DNA of 64,000 bases from positions 95,644-159,643 of the forward strand of contig CAYWRZ010000005.1 of the NCBI GenBank assembly GCA_964460845.1. The letters run 5' to 3'. A program made the position numbers and the translations under genes. The notes under the pieces were generated by a model. It saw only the letters and a program-made list of their open reading frames with translations. It was not told where the DNA came from and did no database searches. This document shows, one piece after another, positions 29,326 through 36,928 of this stretch; positions within the stretch are counted from its first letter, which is position 1, and each line of letters starts with the position of its first letter. Source of the stretch: an uncultured Weeksellaceae bacterium. Its GTDB lineage: Bacteria > Bacteroidota > Bacteroidia > Flavobacteriales_D > UBA2798.

Positions 29326-29735
29326 ACAAAATACTACCACAACAAGGTATTGCCCAAAGCGGGGCTGAACAGCTTCGTATCAACAAAAGTGCAGAATTCA
29401 ACTTCTGTTCTTCTGGAACTCAATGACAGAAAAAGAAATCACCTGGATAGCAGAATGAAAGAGGCACGAACCGCTAACACGGTTTTTGTACCTGCCCGTA
29501 GGCATATAGATTAGACATAATTACCTGAAAAAAAATTATGATTGCCGATAATAATATTCAATAATTATTGATAAATTCTACTCCGGTCAGCGATAGCTGA
29601 TCGGAACCACCCGAACCTACCGAAAGCAGCCAAGCAAAAAAAACCAATCCATTACCCCCACCAAAAAAGCAAACGAAAAATTACCAGGCACAGCATTACC
29701 TTTGTTGTCGTGAATACACAATCCAAAAGATCGCT

Positions 29736-30377
29736 ATGAAACGCTCTTCAAAAGCAGCCCACATTCTGAATCAACTCAATAGCCAAACCAAGCTGGGTGA
29801 CTTACGGAAAATTGCGAAGGATATCAAAAAAGACCACGAATTAGCGATAGAATTATGGTCAAGCGGGAATTTTTTACCCAGGCAACTCGCCATCCTGATT
29901 ATGGACAACAAGCTTCTTTCGCAGGATTTGATTAATCAGCTTGACAAGGACATGCAGACTCACCCGTTGAACGAGCGAAACCAACTCATAGATTGGCTGA
30001 TGGCTAACCAGCTTGCGAAAGACAAGAAAACCATTACACTGATGGAATCGTGGAAAAACAGCCCTTCTCCACTTCAAAGACGAATTTTTTGGTATTACCA
30101 GGCTCGTTTGCGTTGGCTGGGAAAAACACCTCCTCCCAACACGGAAGAATTGTTGGCGGCCATCGAAACACAACTAGAAAGCGAAGAACCCGAAGTACAA
30201 TGGGCCATGAATTTCACCGCAGGATGGATTGGCGTTTTTGATAAAAAGTATCGGACACGCTGTATCGAAGTGGGGCAGAAAACGGGACTTTACAAAGGCA
30301 AAATGGTCTCAAAAGGCTGTACTCCCGATTATTTACCGGAGTTCATTGCGATAGAAAGTCAGAAAAGAAATTTATAA
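29736..30377 (+). CDS. DNA alkylation repair protein (AlkD-like HEAT-repeat family)
   Basis: 213 aa. LRKIAKDIKKDHELAIELWSSGNFLPRQLAILIMD and later W-rich helical repeats resemble the DNA-alkylation-repair family. Recognition by eye only. Confidence 0.6.
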   Translation: MKRSSKAAHILNQLNSQTKLGDLRKIAKDIKKDHELAIELWSSGNFLPRQLAILIMDNKLLSQDLINQLDKDMQTHPLNERNQLIDWLMANQLAKDKKTITLMESWKNSPSPLQRRIFWYYQARLRWLGKTPPPNTEELLAAIETQLESEEPEVQWAMNFTAGWIGVFDKKYRTRCIEVGQKTGLYKGKMVSKGCTPDYLPEFIAIESQKRNL

Positions 30378-30381
30378 AAGT

Positions 30382-30836
30382 GTGCGCAGGGCCACAGAAA
30401 AAAGCAAAGACGAAATAAACAGACAAGGTGCTACACCTTTTGCGCAAACGTATTTTCACGGCACAAAAGCCGACTTAAAAATAGGCGACCGGATTGAAGC
30501 TGGCTTCCACTCCAACTATGGACAAAAAACACACACAAAATATAGTTTCCTGTCGGCCACATTAGACGCTGCCATTTGGGGGCTAAACTTGCCTTGTGTG
30601 AAGGCCGGGAAAGAATTTATTTGGTAGAGCCTACAGTACCAATTGAAGATGATCCGGACCCGACAGACAAAAAGTTTCCCGGCAATCCGACAAAATCGTA
30701 TCGTTCGACAGCGTCGTTCAGAGTGGTGGGAGAAGTAACTGTGTGGCAAGCATACCCGGCAGCACAAGTGCAAGCCATGAAAGCACACCTCGAAAAACTT
30801 AAAGCACAAGGAATTAACTCCTTAAATGAGGAATAA
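30382..30836 (+). pseudogene. arr: NAD(+)--rifampin ADP-ribosyltransferase (Arr), split by a 1-nt frameshift in a G5 run
   Basis: The two ORFs (30382-30627, 30576-30836) together read YFHGTKADLKIGD...YSFLSATLDAAIWG / AKLALCEGRERIYLVEPTVPIEDDPDPTDKKFPGNPTKSYRS, which is colinear with Arr. The frames join at TGGGGG (30577-30582). Confidence 0.8.
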
Positions 30837-30883
30837 GCCAAATGAGAGTCTTTTTATACTTTCAATTCGGAAAGCCTGATAAT

Positions 30884-30915
30884 CAAAACACTTTATAATT
30901 ACTTGCAGTGTTTTG
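30884..30915 (+). terminator. possible terminator hairpin downstream of arr
   Basis: CAAAACACT-(14 nt)-AGTGTTTTG, followed within 15 nt by T-rich sequence. The loop is large, so the call is weak. Confidence 0.3.
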
Positions 30916-31001
30916 TCGGAGCGATTTTATTTTTATATATTTTTAGCATAGTTATTCGATTATCGACTTATAAGTCGTGCTAATTTTAATGTAGTAAGGC
31001 G

Positions 31002-32543
31002 ATGAAACGCCCTTTTATACTGATTTTCGGCGTATTGTGCATAGAGGCTTTCGGTCAATATCCTGTAAAGCCGCAACCTGCTACCCCTCAGGCTTCCACG
31101 TTTAGCCCTATGGGCGAAAACGGGCATTACCGTTTTACCCTTACACCCGCACGGCCTGTTCAGCCTTCTACCTCCTATGTTCCGCCGATGGGCATGACAG
31201 GAGATGCAATCAAAGAGCAGGTTAATAGAAACGCATCTCATGGCGGAATACCCATACTTCATCCTAATGCCACGCAAAAAGAAAGACAACAAGCCTCAGA
31301 AGCATACATCCGTCAGCGCATGGCCAATGACCCGATGTATCAGTATCCGAATACAGCCAACGGTTTTACTCAAACTCATTTATCCCCAAGTCAGCAGCAG
31401 ATAATAAACCTGTTGAACGAGGTTCATGCTTCGGAATCTCCCCGCCGTAGTTCAGCTTCCTATTACCAGTCTTCGGAATTTACAGCTCTTACGAAGCCTT
31501 ATACCGATGCGTTACAGGAACTTAAAATGCAGCTTGCAGGACTTCGCCCGCTTTCGGTAGCCGATGCCTATTTCGCAGTCGAAAATGCCTTTGGCAATGC
31601 CTATTTGTCGAAAAATGAGTACGACCGTACAATAGAGGAATCGGTTGTATTTATCCGGCGGTGGCTTTCACAGCATGGATATAATCTTCAGGACAACGAA
31701 GCCCTGCACATAGGCTTGCAGCGTTTCCTGAGCGATACGCTCACTATCCGGTTGCCCGCCTCGGCAGACCGACCCGGAGCTTCCACGCTTAAAACGCACT
31801 TGCCTTTCTTTTACGATTATGAAGACTATACTGGCACGAAAGATTACCGCAACTATTTTCTGACCAAATGCCTGGCTACCGGCAGCGGACAATGCAATAG
31901 CCTTCCCACCGTGTACAATGCCCTTGCCCAAAAACTGGGAGCCGTATCGTACCTTTCTTTTGCGCCCCAACATTCCCTTATTAAATACCCCGGCAAAGAC
32001 GGAAGACTGCACAACTACGAAGCTACTACCAACTGGAAAATAAGCGATAAATGGTATAGGGATAATCTTTTTGTCAAGCAGGAAGCCCTGCGTAATCACA
32101 TGTACCTCGATACGCTCAACTATACGCAGATGGTAGCTAATGCTGTTATCGACCTTGCCACAGGGTATATCCAAAAGCACGGCGCAGCCGATGGGCGTTT
32201 TGTGGACGAGTGCCTGAATCTTGCCGCACCTTATTTCCCCAAACGAAATAACATTTACCTGTATTTTGTGCGCAGCCTAAAGCTGGCTTATCTACTGGAG
32301 AGAGAACTCCATACAAATGGTATAGAAGATGTTAAAGACATTGAACGTTTTCCGCATCTGAAAAGTCTCTATGAAGCCTTGGAAGAAAACGAAAGGCTTA
32401 TTACCGGAAAGGGGTATCAGGGAATGCCCCCGGAGCTGTATAATCAAATGATGGAAGAGCACCAGTACAAGAACCGCCAGCAGTCGGCAAAGTCCATCAA
32501 CGGCAAGCAAAAAAGAAACCTGTTTATTACCCAACCCCGATAA
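31002..32543 (+). CDS. secreted transglutaminase-like (Cys-His-Asn/Asp core) protein, paralog of the N-terminal region of the next gene
   Basis: Signal peptide MKRPFILIFGVLCIEAFGQ. Core GSGQCNSLPTVYNALAQKLGAVSYLSFAPQHSLIKYPGKDGRLHNYE aligns with GQGNCFAMVSLFRILSERLGSDAFISTVPGHIYIRHADKNGIVHNVE in 32553-34748. Confidence 0.6.
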   Translation: MKRPFILIFGVLCIEAFGQYPVKPQPATPQASTFSPMGENGHYRFTLTPARPVQPSTSYVPPMGMTGDAIKEQVNRNASHGGIPILHPNATQKERQQASEAYIRQRMANDPMYQYPNTANGFTQTHLSPSQQQIINLLNEVHASESPRRSSASYYQSSEFTALTKPYTDALQELKMQLAGLRPLSVADAYFAVENAFGNAYLSKNEYDRTIEESVVFIRRWLSQHGYNLQDNEALHIGLQRFLSDTLTIRLPASADRPGASTLKTHLPFFYDYEDYTGTKDYRNYFLTKCLATGSGQCNSLPTVYNALAQKLGAVSYLSFAPQHSLIKYPGKDGRLHNYEATTNWKISDKWYRDNLFVKQEALRNHMYLDTLNYTQMVANAVIDLATGYIQKHGAADGRFVDECLNLAAPYFPKRNNIYLYFVRSLKLAYLLERELHTNGIEDVKDIERFPHLKSLYEALEENERLITGKGYQGMPPELYNQMMEEHQYKNRQQSAKSINGKQKRNLFITQPR

Positions 32544-32552
32544 TACTTCCCT

Positions 32553-34748
32553 ATGAAAACCGCAGGAATTTTAATGATTATGGTCGTAGTGTGTGGTTTC
32601 ACTCCGGTAAAGGCATCGCAAGACAGCACCGCAAAGGCAGCCTTTTATACCGCCCAACAAGCCCTTGTAGAAATGCTCGAAGGGAATAAGCCATTAAGCT
32701 ATGAAAAGGCTATTTACCATATCGAAAACGCATGGTACGGAGGCGGTATAAGCGAAGCGACCTTTACCCGTATGCTTGACTTTCACACAGAAAACGTCCG
32801 GCAGCTCATCGCTACCCGTTATGAAAAACAAAATTTCACCACCACCTTGAGAGCTACGGCAGCACAGCAACAAGAGCGTTACGAAAAGGCATTAGCTAAC
32901 TGGGCAATTTACACCTACCTGACCGATACCATCTTGTTTGTAAGCCCCGAAGGGTTAATGTTGCACCTGCCTTATACCTACTCCTACCGCGACCCGCTGG
33001 CTACTGCCGACTGGACAAATACACAAGTGATAAACTTGTTGTTAAAAGGACAGGGTAACTGCTTTGCGATGGTATCGCTGTTCAGGATTCTTTCTGAGCG
33101 ATTGGGTTCGGATGCGTTTATCTCGACCGTACCGGGGCATATCTATATCCGTCATGCCGATAAAAACGGTATTGTGCACAATGTAGAACCCTCCACCCGC
33201 TCTTTTCCCGGAACCGGAACCTTACAGGTCTTGACATACAGCAGCGATGAGGCGGTAAGAAGCGGAATTTCTATGCGCAATTTAGATACCCGACAGTCCG
33301 TAGCCCTTTGTTTGGTATATTTAGCGAAAGGTTTTGAGTACAAATTCGGAATCCGTACCGATGATTTTCTGCTTGAATGTGCCGACATTGCCTTACAGCA
33401 CGATAGCCTGAACCTGAACGCCCTGCTATTGAAAGCCGGAATACTGGAAGAACGGTTATTAGTCAGAGGTTCAAGCGTGGAGGACTTACAGCGGTACACC
33501 GACTTTAACGAATACGAAAGCCTGATACGTGAGCTACACCGCCTCCATTACCGTGAAATGCCTTTGGAAATGAAGAACCTGATTATGGCCATGCACAAAA
33601 AGGAACGGTTTCCCGGCATCGTGGAAGACAAGACACCACAGCCTTCTAAACATTTAGGAATAACCCAAGACCGCTACGTTACTCTTTCGGGCGGACTGTT
33701 TGAGGAGTTTGATTACGATAAGCCCGTAGAGCAATACGGCCGTACCCTGTTCGACAGCGAAACCAAAAAGATAAGCGGATTTCTGACCGAAACACCCCAG
33801 CTTTACAACTACTACCAGTTCGACCCGGTCGTCTTCGCCTGGTCGATTGACCCGCTGGCAGCGAAGTACCCCTATATGTCGCCGTATGCCGCCTTTGCAG
33901 GGAATCCGATTTATTACAGAGACCCCGATGGAGCTGATGTGGAAGGATTTATGGCTTTACTTAAAGCCTCCATATATGGATCAGCAATTCAAACATTAAG
34001 TGATGCAAGCGAAACTTTCAATGCTACTATTAATCACTTTGTGTCCGTAAATGGTGGAGAGAATCCCAACTCTGCTAAAACCGATGGAAAGTGGAGTAAC
34101 GTTAACATTAGTTTTGGAACATTTAACGAAACTCCCGGTTCTGACGGAAATGAATTATTGGGTCGTAATATTTTTCAAATAAAAATAAACGGGAAGTGGC
34201 AAGATATTACGTCCGTAGATGATAATGTTCTTGATGGACTGGAATCCTCAAGCGGTAATCTTAGAATTTTAATAGAATTTAATACTGCAACAGGTAGTGA
34301 TTATTTTAAAAACATAGTGGTCGGTGCACATGAAGTCGGTTTACACCTTATTGCATTAGGTCAACTGGCAAACGATGTCTTAGCAGGTGCTAAAAGTTTA
34401 CGAAACGTAAAAGATGAAATATATGCTGGAGGGGACGAAAGTAAACAAATGGCTACAAAACATCATATAGGTGTTGCAAATGGAAGCCCGGTAGCTACGG
34501 TATATAATCAAATTTTAAACGAAGTAGAAAATCATTTAAGAGCAAATCGAAGAACTTTAAATGCTAAAGGAGAAAGCTATGCAAATATCAAATTATTAGG
34601 CAACCAAATGGATAACGACCCCGGTGAGGAGTTTCAAAATTCAAAAGGAAACTATACCGCAAGGCAAGGAGTGAGAGTGGCAAGGATGGCTTCTCAAAAT
34701 CATTATAGAAGTGAAACGGGAAAATTCAAACAAATCCAAGAGAAATAA
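32553..34748 (+). CDS. polymorphic-toxin-type protein: signal peptide, transglutaminase-like scaffold, RHS-core-type DPDG junction, variable C-terminal toxin domain
   Basis: Signal peptide. Cys170/His196 TGase-like core. Junction YMSPYAAFAGNPIYYRDPDG at aa 441-460 (DPDG = nt 33921-33932). A 271-aa AT-rich C-terminal domain containing AHEVGLH. Confidence 0.7.
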   Translation: MKTAGILMIMVVVCGFTPVKASQDSTAKAAFYTAQQALVEMLEGNKPLSYEKAIYHIENAWYGGGISEATFTRMLDFHTENVRQLIATRYEKQNFTTTLRATAAQQQERYEKALANWAIYTYLTDTILFVSPEGLMLHLPYTYSYRDPLATADWTNTQVINLLLKGQGNCFAMVSLFRILSERLGSDAFISTVPGHIYIRHADKNGIVHNVEPSTRSFPGTGTLQVLTYSSDEAVRSGISMRNLDTRQSVALCLVYLAKGFEYKFGIRTDDFLLECADIALQHDSLNLNALLLKAGILEERLLVRGSSVEDLQRYTDFNEYESLIRELHRLHYREMPLEMKNLIMAMHKKERFPGIVEDKTPQPSKHLGITQDRYVTLSGGLFEEFDYDKPVEQYGRTLFDSETKKISGFLTETPQLYNYYQFDPVVFAWSIDPLAAKYPYMSPYAAFAGNPIYYRDPDGADVEGFMALLKASIYGSAIQTLSDASETFNATINHFVSVNGGENPNSAKTDGKWSNVNISFGTFNETPGSDGNELLGRNIFQIKINGKWQDITSVDDNVLDGLESSSGNLRILIEFNTATGSDYFKNIVVGAHEVGLHLIALGQLANDVLAGAKSLRNVKDEIYAGGDESKQMATKHHIGVANGSPVATVYNQILNEVENHLRANRRTLNAKGESYANIKLLGNQMDNDPGEEFQNSKGNYTARQGVRVARMASQNHYRSETGKFKQIQEK

Positions 34749-34752
34749 AATC

Positions 34753-35535
34753 ATGATTAGAATTAAAAGTTTTTATTTTCTCCTTTTAGCAATAACAGCA
34801 GTTACTCAAAGCTGCATTAGCTCTGATAAAGTTTATTATGAATACGAATACGCAATAACATACACAAAAAAAAACTACATCTCCTATACTGAGGAAAAAA
34901 TAATTGAGAAAACACACAGCGCCTTTATGGGTAAAGACACTCTGTTTTTCCTTCACGCACAAGACACAGCAAACTTTCTGATACAAGGAACTTTAGACAC
35001 AATTACCCAAGAGGTAGTACAATGGGATACCCTTTTTGATATAATACCTGAAAAAGCAAACGGCCCTTACTTACTTAACAGAGAAAAAGGAATCATCGAA
35101 TATTCTGACAGAAACCATCAAAAAAGAACGTTAAAGTGGTTCGATTACAAAGATACCGTAGATTATTATTCTATCGAAACATGTAATCTTCTGAAAGAGA
35201 ATTCTCTATGCCGGGTTTTTTATAGTGGAAAAGAAGGGATTTGTATCGTAAATAACAAAGAATACAAATGTGATATATTCATTGCATTTTGCCCACAAAG
35301 AGGGCTACACGGAAAAAACACCTTTTCATTTATCTTTTTGGACAAAAAAACAAAAATGATTTTAAGAAAAGATTTTTATGTAATGGAGGACTTATCGCTG
35401 AGATTTCACAATATGAATGAGGGAATATTTGTTCCGGACATTTCCAATTATACAGGCTCAACTTATGTAACGAACATTAAGAAAAGTGCCTTAACACCCT
35501 CAAAAGTAAAATACTGGGATGAATGCTATCCTTAG
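34753..35535 (+). CDS. putative cognate immunity lipoprotein
   Basis: The ATG lies 4 nt after the toxin stop. Signal/lipobox-like LLLAITAVTQSC. Paralogous to 35772-36596. The immunity role is inferred from position only. Confidence 0.55.
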   Translation: MIRIKSFYFLLLAITAVTQSCISSDKVYYEYEYAITYTKKNYISYTEEKIIEKTHSAFMGKDTLFFLHAQDTANFLIQGTLDTITQEVVQWDTLFDIIPEKANGPYLLNREKGIIEYSDRNHQKRTLKWFDYKDTVDYYSIETCNLLKENSLCRVFYSGKEGICIVNNKEYKCDIFIAFCPQRGLHGKNTFSFIFLDKKTKMILRKDFYVMEDLSLRFHNMNEGIFVPDISNYTGSTYVTNIKKSALTPSKVKYWDECYP

Positions 35536-35755
35536 ATGCAGGGGTACTCTCACACGTTTTCACAACACAAACCATGATTTCGGCGCTCATGGCACATTAA
35601 AACATTTTCCTGACCAAACCGGAAATACACGGATGGAAAAAGCAAAATCTAAAGGTCTGCATACTGCAAGACAGGGACTAAGAGGAGCAAGAATCGCAGA
35701 ACAAGTTGCTCATAAATTGAAAACCGGGAGTTTTACACCAGTAGATGCAAAATAA
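35519..35755 (+). pseudogene. orphan toxin C-terminal tip remnant
   Basis: Its C-terminal half SKGLHTARQGLRGARIAEQVAHKLKTGSF aligns with the last ~45 aa of the 32553-34748 protein (SKGNYTARQGVRVARMASQNHYRSETGKF). There is no upstream toxin body. Confidence 0.5.
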
Positions 35756-35771
35756 TTGATTAGATTTTAAC

Positions 35772-36596
35772 ATGAAGCACAAAACGCTTTTTATACTTAT
35801 TTCTATTGTTATTGCTTCATCATGCAGCGAGAATAAAAATTTATTCTATTATGAGTATAATTACATTACGGAATTTAGAAAACTCTCTATTCAATTCCCT
35901 GAAAATATTGATATGGATTCAGTTACAGTAGATGATGCAATAGTCAGTATTGAAACCATTATTAATCCTTCCCGTTCCGTTTTATATAAAAATAAAGACT
36001 CTATATTTATTATTAATTATAGTGATACAGTAAACTATTTAATAGCCTATACGATAGATTCCGTAACCAACGAAATAATTGAAGCAGATACTTCATTCAA
36101 TATTCATGTTGGATACTCAAAAGGGCCTTTTAAATACAATCCTTCAAATTCAACAATACAGCAAGATTCGTTAACCTTTCAATGGTTAAGTAAAACAGAT
36201 ACCCTTGAATATAAAGGACTATACGGCATTAGCGCATTTTGCAAAAAAAATCCGCACTCCCAACAAGGAAGGATATTTTTTTCCGGTCGCCGGGAAATAT
36301 TCAGAATGGGAAATGAAATTTTCAACTGTGATATTTATATTGGTTACTTCCCTCAGAAAGGAATGCACTCTGAGGCTTATTTTGAACTTTTTTTTATTGA
36401 GGTAAATTCGGGAATTATCCTTAAAAGTGAAACGTATAAAGTAAACTCGCAAAAATATACGTATAGTTTTGAGGGAATGGAATACGAGAGCTACAAAACC
36501 AGTGAGGAAAATTTCATTGGAAGAACTTACCTTAAAAGCATTACCCCAAGCGACCTCACGCCTGCAAAAGTTAGTAACTGGGAAAATTGTCCTTAA
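35772..36596 (+). CDS. second putative immunity lipoprotein (paralog of 34753-35535)
   Basis: Lipobox IVIASSC. Shared blocks YYEY.Y, CDI.I...PQ.G.H and LTP.KV..W..C with the first copy. Confidence 0.55.
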   Translation: MKHKTLFILISIVIASSCSENKNLFYYEYNYITEFRKLSIQFPENIDMDSVTVDDAIVSIETIINPSRSVLYKNKDSIFIINYSDTVNYLIAYTIDSVTNEIIEADTSFNIHVGYSKGPFKYNPSNSTIQQDSLTFQWLSKTDTLEYKGLYGISAFCKKNPHSQQGRIFFSGRREIFRMGNEIFNCDIYIGYFPQKGMHSEAYFELFFIEVNSGIILKSETYKVNSQKYTYSFEGMEYESYKTSEENFIGRTYLKSITPSDLTPAKVSNWENCP

Positions 36597-36710
36597 CGCT
36601 GTTATCCGGTTGTATGAGGTTCAGAATGTGTAATATGCTAAATATTTTTTTGTTTAAAACCAGTTAAATTTTTAGGAGGGGTTACAGTTACACTGGTCTT
36701 CTGTCTTTCG

Positions 36711-36926
36711 TCATCCTACTTGGTTTTCTGAGTATTGTCCTTTAATGTGAGCCAAGAAGAACTTTCCTACTGAATCACTTCCAATAAATTCATAATAGGT
36801 GCTTTCAGGAACGTCATAATACTGCCATATTGCACCATTTTTTTTGAATTCAATTTCAAGAGTCAAAGTATCAGAATCAAATCCAATACTTGCTATCATT
36901 GATGATTCTACATATTGTCTGTCCAT
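36711..36926 (-). CDS. stand-alone KTSC-domain protein, third gene of the SIR2-HerA operon
   Basis: 71 aa. SSMIASIGFDSDTLTLEIEFKKNGAIWQYYDVPESTYYEFIGSDSVGKFFLAHIKGQY matches the KTSC domain pattern along its full length. The start is 2 nt after the herA-like stop. Confidence 0.85.
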   Translation of the reverse strand: MDRQYVESSMIASIGFDSDTLTLEIEFKKNGAIWQYYDVPESTYYEFIGSDSVGKFFLAHIKGQYSENQVG

Positions 36927-36928
36927 AT

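Noticed and set aside
29337-29420. Possible 5' remnant of a second DUF4157-type gene. One frame of the intergenic DNA reads QSGAEQLRINKSAEFNF, versus NGESLIQRGAEFNF at the N-terminus of the 911-aa protein
   Set aside because: The similarity covers only about 15 aa (about 14/17 nt in the best stretch) and ends in a stop after 8 more codons. It is too short to separate from chance without a database or statistical test.
29582-29603. 9-bp hairpin CCGGTCAGC-GATA-GCTGATCGG in the gap upstream of the AlkD-like gene
   Set aside because: It is an isolated stem with one G-U pair, no following U-tract and no second copy. This is not enough to call a regulatory element or terminator.
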